A DNA stretch of 64,000 nt from Clostridia bacterium. Its GTDB lineage: Bacteria; Bacillota; Clostridia; Oscillospirales; CAG-272. Below are positions 17,593 through 26,837 of the stretch, one piece after another. Both the position numbers and the translations under genes were made by a program. The stretch is taken from assembly GCA_024404505.1 (NCBI GenBank), contig JAKSPU010000001.1:8375-72374 (forward strand), read 5' to 3'. Below the pieces are notes generated by a model. The model saw nothing but the letters and a program-made list of their open reading frames with translations, made no database searches and was not told where the DNA came from. The number at the start of each line of letters is the position of its first letter. The stretch's first letter is position 1.

Positions 17593-19233
17593 ATGATGAA
17601 CGAAGACCAGAACATGGATCGGGACAATGACATTCTGCAAAGCAGCGCCGATCAGACGGAGACCGTCCGCATCGACACGGAAAGCACGGTTCACCCGCCC
17701 GAACGTGATCCGGCTCATGAGCCGGATACCGACACCGCGGACGCCGGGCTGACCGACAACAGCCTTACCGACGACAGCATCATCGACAGCGAGGTCGAGG
17801 CCGCCGCCGAAGAGATCCAGAAGGAAGTGGACGAGGATCTTCCCACCGAATTCGAGCAGCACGAGCAGGTGATCGAGAACACCTTCGAGTGCCTTGTCGA
17901 CCTGCTTGACAGCCGCCACTACGTTGATTTCCGCCGGGCGCTGGAGGACCTGCAGCCCGTCGAGGTCGCGGACTTCTTCACCGAGCTGCCCGCCGCGCGG
18001 ATCCCGACCGTATTCAAGCTGCTGACCAAGGATCAGGCAGCCGACGTGTTCGCCGAGCTGGAGGTCGAGGAGCAGCAGCGAATCATCGACGCCATGACCG
18101 ACCGAGAGATCGCGGTCATTCTGGAAGACCTCGCACTCGACGACGCGGTCGATATGCTGCAGGAGCTGCCTGCCAGCATCGTCCACCGCATCATGAAGAA
18201 CACCACGCCCGAAACGCGGGCCGACATCAACCGCCTGCTGGCGTACCCCGAGGATTCCGCCGGCAGCGTCATGACCGCCGAATTCATCGACCTCAACCGC
18301 AGCATGACCTGCGCGGAGGCCGTCGATCATATCCGCAGGACCGGTATCGACAAGGAGACCGTGTACGTCGCGTACGTCACGGATTCCTCCCGCGTGCTGC
18401 AGGGCATCGTTCCTCTCAAGAAGCTGCTGTTTGCCAAAGAGGACGAGCTGATCAGCGACATCATGGACGAGAACATCATCTGCGCGTCCACGCTGGACGA
18501 CCAGGAGACCGTCGCGTCCATCATTTCCAAGTACGATATGCTGGCTCTGCCCATCGTGGACCGCGAGCATCGCCTCGTCGGTATCGTCACGGTCGACGAT
18601 GCCATGGACGTCATGGAGACCGAGGTCACCGAGGATATCGAAAAGATGGCCGCAATCGTGCCCTCCGACAAGCCCTACCTCAAGACCGGTGTGTTCGAGA
18701 CGTGGAAGCAGCGCATCCCGTGGCTGCTGCTCCTGATGGTCTCCGCGACCTTTACGTCCACCATTCTCGGCCATTTTGAGGACGCGCTGTCCAAGATGGC
18801 CATCCTGACCGTCTTTATCCCCATGCTGATGGACACCGGCGGAAACGCGGGCGGTCAGACCTCCGTCACCATCATCCGCGGTCTGTCCCTTGGCGACATC
18901 GAGCCCTCCGACATCATGCGGATCATCTGGAAGGAATTCCGCGTGTCGCTCTTGTGCGGTCTGTCCGTCGGCATCGTGTGCTTCATCAAGACCATGCTGG
19001 TCGACTTCCGGCTCGCGTTTACGGCAGACAACGTCCGCACCTCTCTCGTGGTGTGTCTGACCATCTGCATCGCCATCATGATCGCCAAAATGATCGGTTC
19101 CCTGCTGCCCGTTGGCGCCAAGAAGCTCGGGCTTGACCCGGCTGTCATGGCCAGCCCGTTCATCACGACGATCGTTGACACGCTGACGCTGCTGCTGTAC
19201 TTCACCGTGGCCAAGACCTTCCTGCCGCTGTAA
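17593..19233 (+). CDS. mgtE: Magnesium transporter MgtE with acidic N-terminal extension
   Basis: MgtE N-domain, CBS pair (DIMDENIICAS...IVDREHRLVGIVTVDDAMDV), membrane domain with DTGGNAGGQTS. Confidence 0.9.
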   Translation: MMNEDQNMDRDNDILQSSADQTETVRIDTESTVHPPERDPAHEPDTDTADAGLTDNSLTDDSIIDSEVEAAAEEIQKEVDEDLPTEFEQHEQVIENTFECLVDLLDSRHYVDFRRALEDLQPVEVADFFTELPAARIPTVFKLLTKDQAADVFAELEVEEQQRIIDAMTDREIAVILEDLALDDAVDMLQELPASIVHRIMKNTTPETRADINRLLAYPEDSAGSVMTAEFIDLNRSMTCAEAVDHIRRTGIDKETVYVAYVTDSSRVLQGIVPLKKLLFAKEDELISDIMDENIICASTLDDQETVASIISKYDMLALPIVDREHRLVGIVTVDDAMDVMETEVTEDIEKMAAIVPSDKPYLKTGVFETWKQRIPWLLLLMVSATFTSTILGHFEDALSKMAILTVFIPMLMDTGGNAGGQTSVTIIRGLSLGDIEPSDIMRIIWKEFRVSLLCGLSVGIVCFIKTMLVDFRLAFTADNVRTSLVVCLTICIAIMIAKMIGSLLPVGAKKLGLDPAVMASPFITTIVDTLTLLLYFTVAKTFLPL

Positions 19234-19257
19234 AAAGTGCATAAAAGGAGTTCCGAT

Positions 19258-19662
19258 ATGACGCAGGTAGTGGCAGCCCTGATCCGCGACCGCGGGGCGG
19301 GGACCTTCATGATCTGTCAGCGGCCGGCGCACAAGGCGCGAGGGCTGCTCTGGGAGTTCGTCGGGGGCAAGATCGAGCCCGGGGAAACGGGACAAGTGGC
19401 GCTGATCCGCGAATGCCGCGAGGAGCTGGGGATAGAGGTGGCCGTCGGCGCGGTGTTCTGCGCGGTGGACCACGTCTACCCGGACATCACGATCCGCCTG
19501 ACGCTGTACGAGGCGGAGATCGCGTCGGGCGAGCCTCAGCTGCTGGAGCATAACGATCTGCGCTGGATCACGCCCGCGGAGATCGGGCAGTATGAGTTCT
19601 GCCCGGCAGACGAGGACATTCTGGCGTTGATCACGGACAGATACGAAAAAGGGACATGGTAA
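19258..19662 (+). CDS. NUDIX hydrolase (MutT-like)
   Basis: ATG at 19258 after AAAAGGAG. Nudix box GGKIEPGETGQVALIRECREELGIEV. Confidence 0.85.
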   Translation: MTQVVAALIRDRGAGTFMICQRPAHKARGLLWEFVGGKIEPGETGQVALIRECREELGIEVAVGAVFCAVDHVYPDITIRLTLYEAEIASGEPQLLEHNDLRWITPAEIGQYEFCPADEDILALITDRYEKGTW

Positions 19663-19668
19663 AAATAC

Positions 19669-19705
19669 AGCCCGCACCGGCAAACGCCGGTGCGGGCTTT
19701 TTGTT
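19669..19705. terminator. Bidirectional terminator between the NUDIX gene and the giant lipoprotein gene
   Basis: 13-bp stem AGCCCGCACCGGC / GCCGGTGCGGGCT with loop AAAC. T-run downstream and A-run upstream. Confidence 0.85.
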
Positions 19706-19719
19706 GTTTGGGGATACGG

Positions 19720-22700
19720 TCAGGAGAGAGTGTAGCCCCAGACGACGGGACAGTTGAAGGGGTTCCAATCGTCGGACCATCCGGAAGGCTGGGAGGTGGA
19801 TTCGCAGTAGATGGTCAGGTTGGGGCAGTTGTAGAACGCATAACCGCCTATGCTCGTCACGCTGTTTGGAATCGTGACGTTCTCCAAACCAGTGCATTCA
19901 AAGAAAGCATAATCACCGATGCCCGTCACTTTCTCGCCCACAGGGGATACGTTCGGGATCACCACATCTGTATCCGTGCAGATACCGATTCCACTTATAT
20001 AACAAGTACCGTCGCAATTTGAAGTAAACTCAAGCAGGCTACTATTGGCGTTTCCTCCGCAACGAGTACATATACCATCGACAAATGTATGCCCCAACGC
20101 AGATATATCTTCTTGCTCAATCTGACCGCAGATACGGCATACTGATTCCAAGCAGCCTTCACAAATACAGGTCGGCTCGAAAACGACTTCGCTCTCCCAC
20201 TCATGATCCGGCTTCGAGTAGACGATCAGGCCGTCACTACAGTAGATGTACACGAAGACAGCGTGCTCCATGCCCTCGGCCAGCTTATAGGTGAACGGCA
20301 TCGCCGCCCACTGTGCCTTCGTGCCGAGGTAGTCGAACTCCTGCATGAAGCCGTATCCTACAACGGTCAGCGTCCCTGTGACGGTCACGGATTCGGGGAT
20401 CTCAAACTTCACCTGCTGGACGGACATGACCTTCGCGTCGATCTCAAGCACCGGCAGGCCCTTGTACAGCTCCGGCACGACGGCCGCGTAGGTCTTGGAG
20501 GTCCCGGGATTCGGATGCGTGTACTTGACTAGGATATAGCCCGTTCCGGCATCGTTCAGTTTGAAACTCAGCGCGGGGCTGATCACGGGCGCGGGCCCGT
20601 CGGAGCAGGTCACGCTGCTCGCGGGCACAAACGTCCCCATAGAAGGATAGCAGCTTTCAAACTGAAGACTACTCCACTGCTGTCTGGTACCTTCGTAGAT
20701 CACAGGCAGCATGGTACCCGTGCCGACGTCGAAAGCGTAGTCGCCGATCGACGTGACCGTGGTCGGAACGGTGATTGAGGTGATCGGACATTCATCATGA
20801 TAATACTGCTCACACAGACCGGCTGCGATCCCGGTCACGATATCCCCGTCCGGAGAAACGGACGGGATGACGATATCGTGATCGGTGCAGCTCATGAGGC
20901 CGGTAAGCGTGCAGGTGCCGTCACCGTTGGAGGTGAACTCAAGGCCCTTACTGCCGGTGTGATAATTCCACACGACCGGGCAGTCGGAGGGGTTCCAGTC
21001 CGTGTTCCAACCGCTCGGCTGGGACGCAGCACGGCAGAGGATAGTCAGATCCTTACAGCTGGCGAATGCGTCCGCATCGATCGAAGTCACCGAAGCAGGG
21101 ATCTCGATGCTCTTCAGAGCGGTGCAATTCAGGAACGCGTTTTTGCCGATACCGATCACGGTATCCGGGATATTCACGTCGGTCAGGGACGTGCAGCCCT
21201 GGAAAGCACCGAGTCTGATCTGCGTCAGCCCTTCGTTCAGGGTGATCGTCGTCAACTTGGTACAATTGCAGAAAGCATAATTGTTGATCCCCGTGACGCT
21301 GTCCGGGAGCGCAATGGTTTCGATGTCGGCGCAGTTATAGAAAGCGTAGGTGCCGATGACCTTCACACTTCCGTCATCCGGGATCACGCTGTTTCTGCAG
21401 CCCGTCAGGAGCGTACCGGTCGATTTTTCGATGAGGCAGTTCCCGGCGCTGACGTAATACGCGTTATCGCTGCTTACTTGAATGTTTTGCAGATAACGTC
21501 CGACACAGAAGGCGTATTTTCCGATATTCGTAACGCTGCCCGGAATGACGACACTCCGCAAGTTGGCCCTGTTGAAAGCGTAATCGCCGATCGTTGTCAG
21601 ACCCTCGGGAAGCGTTACACCGGTCAGTTTCGCGTTGTCCCGGAATGCGTTCTCACCGATGCCCGTCACGAGATCGCCGGAGGGAGAGTATTGCGGTATC
21701 ACGAGATCGGTATCCGTGCAGGTGCCGATGCCGCTGACATAGCAGGTCCCGTCGCCGTTGGAAATAAACTCAAGAATCTCTGTGATGATCTGCTCACCGC
21801 AGCGCGTGCATTTGCCGTCAGCGCCGACGTCATGTCCGAGCGCGGGGATCACGGTCCGCTCGATAACGACGGCACCGCAGACCGTGCAATGGCTGCCCTC
21901 CGTCAGGCCGTCCTCGGTGCAGGTCGGAGCCACGGCGGGATCGGTCACGAGCGTGTGACCGAGTGCGGGGATAACTGTCTGTTCAGCCGTCACTTCTCCG
22001 CAAACGGAGCAGTAAGCGTCTTCAGTCAGACCCTCTTCGGTGCAGGTCGGAGCTGCGGCAGGCGTAGTCACGAGCGTATGACCCGAAGCGGGAATATCGA
22101 TCTGCTCAACCAGCACGCTGCCGCAGATGCTGCAATGCACACCGGCAGTCTTGCCGGGAGTCGTACAAGTGGCTTCCACAGCCGGATCCTCGACCTGCGT
22201 ATGGCCGAGTGCGGGGATAACGATCTGATTGACGACGATCTCACCGCAGACCGTGCAGCGGCTTCCTTCCGTCAGGCCCTCTTCGGTGCAGGTCGGAGCC
22301 ACGGCGGGATCGGTCACGAGCGTGTGACCGAGCGCGGGAATGACCTCCTGCTTTACGAACACCTCACCGCAGACCGCGCATCTGGAGCCTTCGGTCAGAC
22401 CGTCCGCCGTGCAGGTGGGCGCAACAGCCGCATCGATCTGAGTGATATGTCCGCCGGCGGAGGAAATGACCTCGCCGCAGACCTCGCACACCTGATCTTC
22501 GGTGCAGGTCGCGTCCGGCCCTATCGTATGGCCCTTGGCGGGAATGACGTTCTGGGGAATAAGCACTGTGCCGCAGACGGAGCAATGTTGCCCTTCGGTC
22601 TTGCCGTCCTCGGTACAGGTCGGAGCTACGGCGGGGTCGGTCACGAGCGTGTGACCGAGCGCGGGGATAACTTTCTGTTCGGCAGTCACCTCTCCGCAGA

Positions 22701-25700
22701 CGGAGCAGTAAGCGCCTTCAGTCTTGCCGTCCTCGGTACAGGTCGCAGAGACAGCCGGAATGACTTCCTCGGTGTGGCCGAGTGCGGGGATCCCGGTCCG
22801 CTCGGTGACGACAGCGCCGCAGACCGTGCAATGGCTGCCTTCCGTCAGGCCGTCCTCGGTGCAGGTCGGAGCCACGGCGGGGTCGGTCACGAGCGTATGA
22901 CCGAGCGCGGGGATAACTTTCTGTTCGGCAGTCACCTCTCCGCAGACGGAGCAGTAAGCGCCTTCGGTCTTGCCGTCTTCTGTGCAGGTCGGAGCCACGG
23001 CAGGCGTAGTCACGAGCGTGTGACCCGAAGCGGGGATTTCGATCCGCTCAGCCAGCACGCTGCCGCAGGTGCTGCAATGCACGCCGGCGGTCTTGCCGGG
23101 AGTCGTACAAGTAGCTTCCACAGCCGGATCCTCGACCTGCGTATGGCCGAGTGCGGGAACGACGATCTGCTTGACGATGACCTCACCGCAGACCGCGCAA
23201 TGGCTTCCTTCCGTCAGGCCCTCTTCGGTGCAGGTCGGAACGACAGCCATATCCGTTACGATCGTATGACCGGCGGCAGGCAGGACCTGCTGCTTCGTAA
23301 AGACCTCACCGCAGGTCGTGCAGTGCGAGCCTTCGGTCAGACCGTCTGTGGTACAGGTGGGTGCAACGGCTTCATCGATCACGACCGTGTGACCCAGCGC
23401 CGGCAAAATCTCGCGCTTGACGATGGTCGTGCCACAGACGGCGCAGTACGTACACTCGGTAACACCGATGGACAGACAGGTCGGCTCCCTGCCGGGCTCG
23501 GTCACGAGCGTATGCCCTCTGGCAGGCAGGATCTGCTGTCCCTTGATGACCTTGCCGCAGGTCGCGCAGTGCGAGCCTTCGGTACGGCCGTTCTCGGTAC
23601 AGGTCGGGGCTGCGGCGGGATCGGTCACGATCGTATGATCGAGCGCCGGAATATCAGCCTGAAGGAAGAGGACGGCGCCGCAGACCGAGCAATGGCGGCC
23701 TTCCGTCTTACCCATTTCGGTACAGGTCGGAGGCACGGCGGGATCGATGACAGGAGTGTGTCCGAGCGCGGGAATGGTCTTCTGCGCCGTGAATATTTCA
23801 CCGCAGACCGCGCAGTGGCTGCCTTCGGTATTGCCGTCATCGGTACAGGTCGGGGCGACCTCGGGATCGGTCACAGGCGTATGACCGAGCGCGGGAATGA
23901 CCTCCTGCTTTACGAACACCTCACCGCAGACCGCGCATCTGGAGCCTTCGGTCAGGCCGTCCACCGTGCAGGTGGGTGCAACAGCCGCATCGATCTGAAT
24001 GATATGTCCGCCGGCAGAGGAAATGACCTCGCCGCAGACCTCGCAGACCTGATCCTCGGTGCAGGTCGCGTTCGGGCCCAGCGTATGGCCCTTGGCGGGA
24101 ATGACGGTCTGGGGGATAAGCACGACGCCGCAGACATAGCAATGTCGGCCTTCGGTCTTGCCGGGCTCCGTGCAGGTAGGCTCGACAGCCTTGTCGACAA
24201 CAATCGGATGTCCGGCTGCGGGCAGGACTTCTCTCGGGGTAAGGATCGCGCCGCAAACGGTGCAGTAAGAGTATTCCGTCACGCCGATGGACGAGCAGGT
24301 CGGCTCTACGCCGGGCTCCGTCACGATCGTATGACCGAGCGCCTCGCGGACCTCCTGTCTGACTAGAACCTCACCGCAGACACAGCAGTGAGAGCCCTCG
24401 GTAAGACCGGTCCCGGTGCAGGTCGGCTCGACCGCTTCATCGGTCACAGCCATGTGTCCGAGTGCGGGCACGATGCGTGCTTCCTCAAGAGTGATACCGC
24501 AAACCGCGCAGTAAGCTCCTTCGGTATGTCCGTCCGTGGTGCAGTCGGGGTCGACCGCCTCGTTGATGACGATGGTATGCCCGAGTGCCGGGATAACGTC
24601 CTGAACCGTGAAAACGGTGCCGCAGACCGCGCAGCGGCTGCCCTCTGTCCGGCCCGTTTCGGTGCAGGTCGGCGGGACGGCGGGATCGGTCACGAGCGTG
24701 TGGCCGAGTTTTTCAATGATCGTTTGTTCCTCAAGTATGGTACCGCAGACGGCGCACACGGTGCCGGCGGTCTTGCCGTCCTCAGTGCAGGTCGGCTTGA
24801 TTTCGGGCAGTATCGCAGGCGTATGTCCGCGGGCGGGCAGGACCTCCTGCGCCACCAGGATCTCACCGCAGACCTCGCAATGCCTGCCCTCGGTCAGGCC
24901 GTCCTCGGTGCAGGAAGGTGCGGCAGCCGGATCGATCACGACGGTATGGCCCGTGGCGGGAATGACCTCCTGCGTCTTGAACACGAAGCCGCAGACGCTG
25001 CAATGCAGGCCTTCGGTCTTGCCGGGAGCCATGCAGGTCGCTTCGACAGCCTCGTCCACGACCTCGGTATGACCGAGCGCAGGCAGGACCTCCTGCGGAA
25101 CAAGCACCTCACCGCAGACCGCGCATCTGGAGCCTTCGGTCAGACCGGTCTCGGTACAGGTGGGAGCGACAGCTGCGTCGGTCTGGACGATATGTCCGCC
25201 GGCGGACGAGATGATCTCTCCGCAGACCTCGCAGACCTGATCCTCCGTGCAGGTAGCATCGGGACCCAGCACGTGGCCGTGGGCAGGGATGATGGTCTGT
25301 GCCTCGAACACAACGCCGCATGCGGAGCAGCGGGAACCGGCAGTCCGACCGGGCTGCGTGCAGGTAGGCTCGACCGCCTCATCTGTCACGATCGTATGTC
25401 CGAGCGCCGGGATCGGCTCCTGCTCGGCCAGCACAAGATCGCAAGCCGCGCACACGGCGCCGTCCGTCATACCGTCCTCGGTACAGGTAGCCGCGTAGCC
25501 GGGGATCGCCAGGGTCTGGTGACCCTTCGGCGGGATCGCCTGCTGAGCGGTCAGCGTCTCACCGCAAACCGTGCAGATGCTGCCGTCCGTGACACCTGCT
25601 TCCGTGCAGGTGGCCGGTTTCCCTTCCGTTCTGACGGCTGTATGGCCGAGTGCGGGTATCTCGGCAGCCTGCTCGGTCACAGCACCGCAGACGGTGCAAT

Positions 25701-26289
25701 GCGAGCCGCCGGTAGAGCCGGGCTTGGTGCAGGTAGCGGCGACGTCATCATCGGGCGCCGGCGTATGTCCGAGTGCGGGCAGGATCTCGCCCTCCTCGAC
25801 CACGATACCGCAGAAGGAGCAGTGCGTCCCGCCCTTATGGCCGGGCTCGGTACAGGTGGCGGCGGTATTGGCGGTGGACACGACGTTATGACCGGACGGA
25901 GCTATATCGCGCCATTCAGCCTCGCCGCAGGCACAACTGCGGACCTCCTGACCGGCGGTGGTACAGGTCGCTTCCGTGACCGTATGCCAGCTGCCGTAGG
26001 AGTGGACGTGATCCGATCCGGTGTCCGGCTCGGTCTGGACCTCCGTATCAGCCTCGGAGTCCTCTTCAGCAGTCGACGGCTCGGTATCCGGCTCGATAGG
26101 GCGGGTCGTGACGGGCGTAGTCCGTTTCTCGGTGACCGGCTCGGTAGCGGGTTCGGTATCCGGCTCGATCGGCACGTCCGACTCGTCGAGCGTGATCACG
26201 GAAGGCCCGGGATTTATCAGACTGCATGACGACAGCATGAGTGCCGCCGCGCACAGGAGAGCAGCGAGTGCCTTTGCCTTTTTCCTCAT
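19720..26289 (-). CDS. Giant (2190 aa) surface lipoprotein: His/Cys3 41-aa repeat array plus BspA-type leucine-rich-repeat cassettes
   Basis: ATG at 26289 after GGAGG. Signal peptide MRKKAKALAALLCAAALMLSSC ends in a lipobox. 31 full and 3 short tandem modules. Three LRR cassettes with IPxSVTxIGxxAF repeats. Confidence 0.85.
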   Translation of the reverse strand: MRKKAKALAALLCAAALMLSSCSLINPGPSVITLDESDVPIEPDTEPATEPVTEKRTTPVTTRPIEPDTEPSTAEEDSEADTEVQTEPDTGSDHVHSYGSWHTVTEATCTTAGQEVRSCACGEAEWRDIAPSGHNVVSTANTAATCTEPGHKGGTHCSFCGIVVEEGEILPALGHTPAPDDDVAATCTKPGSTGGSHCTVCGAVTEQAAEIPALGHTAVRTEGKPATCTEAGVTDGSICTVCGETLTAQQAIPPKGHQTLAIPGYAATCTEDGMTDGAVCAACDLVLAEQEPIPALGHTIVTDEAVEPTCTQPGRTAGSRCSACGVVFEAQTIIPAHGHVLGPDATCTEDQVCEVCGEIISSAGGHIVQTDAAVAPTCTETGLTEGSRCAVCGEVLVPQEVLPALGHTEVVDEAVEATCMAPGKTEGLHCSVCGFVFKTQEVIPATGHTVVIDPAAAPSCTEDGLTEGRHCEVCGEILVAQEVLPARGHTPAILPEIKPTCTEDGKTAGTVCAVCGTILEEQTIIEKLGHTLVTDPAVPPTCTETGRTEGSRCAVCGTVFTVQDVIPALGHTIVINEAVDPDCTTDGHTEGAYCAVCGITLEEARIVPALGHMAVTDEAVEPTCTGTGLTEGSHCCVCGEVLVRQEVREALGHTIVTEPGVEPTCSSIGVTEYSYCTVCGAILTPREVLPAAGHPIVVDKAVEPTCTEPGKTEGRHCYVCGVVLIPQTVIPAKGHTLGPNATCTEDQVCEVCGEVISSAGGHIIQIDAAVAPTCTVDGLTEGSRCAVCGEVFVKQEVIPALGHTPVTDPEVAPTCTDDGNTEGSHCAVCGEIFTAQKTIPALGHTPVIDPAVPPTCTEMGKTEGRHCSVCGAVLFLQADIPALDHTIVTDPAAAPTCTENGRTEGSHCATCGKVIKGQQILPARGHTLVTEPGREPTCLSIGVTECTYCAVCGTTIVKREILPALGHTVVIDEAVAPTCTTDGLTEGSHCTTCGEVFTKQQVLPAAGHTIVTDMAVVPTCTEEGLTEGSHCAVCGEVIVKQIVVPALGHTQVEDPAVEATCTTPGKTAGVHCSTCGSVLAERIEIPASGHTLVTTPAVAPTCTEDGKTEGAYCSVCGEVTAEQKVIPALGHTLVTDPAVAPTCTEDGLTEGSHCTVCGAVVTERTGIPALGHTEEVIPAVSATCTEDGKTEGAYCSVCGEVTAEQKVIPALGHTLVTDPAVAPTCTEDGKTEGQHCSVCGTVLIPQNVIPAKGHTIGPDATCTEDQVCEVCGEVISSAGGHITQIDAAVAPTCTADGLTEGSRCAVCGEVFVKQEVIPALGHTLVTDPAVAPTCTEEGLTEGSRCTVCGEIVVNQIVIPALGHTQVEDPAVEATCTTPGKTAGVHCSICGSVLVEQIDIPASGHTLVTTPAAAPTCTEEGLTEDAYCSVCGEVTAEQTVIPALGHTLVTDPAVAPTCTEDGLTEGSHCTVCGAVVIERTVIPALGHDVGADGKCTRCGEQIITEILEFISNGDGTCYVSGIGTCTDTDLVIPQYSPSGDLVTGIGENAFRDNAKLTGVTLPEGLTTIGDYAFNRANLRSVVIPGSVTNIGKYAFCVGRYLQNIQVSSDNAYYVSAGNCLIEKSTGTLLTGCRNSVIPDDGSVKVIGTYAFYNCADIETIALPDSVTGINNYAFCNCTKLTTITLNEGLTQIRLGAFQGCTSLTDVNIPDTVIGIGKNAFLNCTALKSIEIPASVTSIDADAFASCKDLTILCRAASQPSGWNTDWNPSDCPVVWNYHTGSKGLEFTSNGDGTCTLTGLMSCTDHDIVIPSVSPDGDIVTGIAAGLCEQYYHDECPITSITVPTTVTSIGDYAFDVGTGTMLPVIYEGTRQQWSSLQFESCYPSMGTFVPASSVTCSDGPAPVISPALSFKLNDAGTGYILVKYTHPNPGTSKTYAAVVPELYKGLPVLEIDAKVMSVQQVKFEIPESVTVTGTLTVVGYGFMQEFDYLGTKAQWAAMPFTYKLAEGMEHAVFVYIYCSDGLIVYSKPDHEWESEVVFEPTCICEGCLESVCRICGQIEQEDISALGHTFVDGICTRCGGNANSSLLEFTSNCDGTCYISGIGICTDTDVVIPNVSPVGEKVTGIGDYAFFECTGLENVTIPNSVTSIGGYAFYNCPNLTIYCESTSQPSGWSDDWNPFNCPVVWGYTLS
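21838..25893 (-). repeat. In-frame coding tandem array: 31 units of 123 bp plus 3 units of 81 bp
   Basis: Unit consensus GHTxVxDxAVxPTCTExGxTEGSHCxVCGxVxxxQxxIPAL. I counted the units directly from the translation. Degenerate units extend the array to about 21770 and 26010. Confidence 0.9.
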
Positions 26290-26589
26290 CAATAATGCCT
26301 CCATCAAAATGAATATCCTTAGCGGATAGAATTGTCCACTATTTATAATACCATATTTTGAGGTCCAAGTCAACCCCTTACTGCATTTTTTCTTTGTGAA
26401 CGGAGGTCGTTTGCCGTTGTACACGGTCGATTTTCTCCGCGCCTCCGGGCGCGGAGAACGAAGAGGCATCCCGCGCTCGGGACCTTCCCCCTGCCCTCCC
26501 GTACGCGGGGAAGAGAGGAAGACCGGCGCTCTGCCGCCGGAAGCCGGGCGTTTCCGGATCGCCGGAAGTTCAGACTGACCTTTTCCCTC

Positions 26590-26690
26590 ACCCCCCCTGC
26601 CCCCCCACCCCGCAGACGAGGGGGAATATCTTATTTTATAGCAGGGAGAAGGGATCGGCTGTGCCGCGCCCTTCTCCCTGCCCCCTCATC
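26590..26690 (+). repeat. Intergenic repeat family B, copy 1
   Basis: GGGGGAATATCTTATTTTATAG followed by a perfect 12-bp hairpin CAGGGAGAAGGG (26642-26653) / CCCTTCTCCCTG (26669-26680). An inverted copy lies at 45930-46012. Confidence 0.65.
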
Positions 26691-26837
26691 CTGCGGGATG
26701 CGGGGAACGGCAAAAAGGCGGGCGCCCATGACGGCACCCACCTTTCTCGTTCAGCGTAAACTCAACCTTGGCCAATCTTTATCCTTATTCAGCCTCCATA
26801 TTCAAGTTTTTTCGCAGAATACAGGGATTCGGTCCGT

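Noticed and set aside
21838-25893. A regular 123-bp tandem repeat that could be mistaken for a CRISPR-like or satellite array.
   Set aside because: There are no unique spacers. The periodicity is in-frame (41 codons) within one continuous ORF, and no cas genes are present.
20797-26229. Very long plus-strand ORFs (1189 aa and 613 aa) antisense to the giant lipoprotein gene.
   Set aside because: They are Gly/Arg/Ala/Asp-rich mirror images of the GC-rich repeat array and have no RBS or recognisable motifs. The minus-strand frame has a lipobox signal, RBS and coherent domains. They are shadow ORFs created by the lack of stop codons in GC-rich repeats.
26290-26469. An N-terminal extension of the giant ORF (start at 26469). 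Similar over-long ORF starts occur at 17173, 28337, 39362, 43481, 62133, 875 and 55583.
   Set aside because: Internal ATG or GTG codons with proper AGGAGG-type RBS, signal peptides or ATGA/GTGA coupling give better starts. The extensions are Arg/Pro-rich and overlap upstream genes or promoters.
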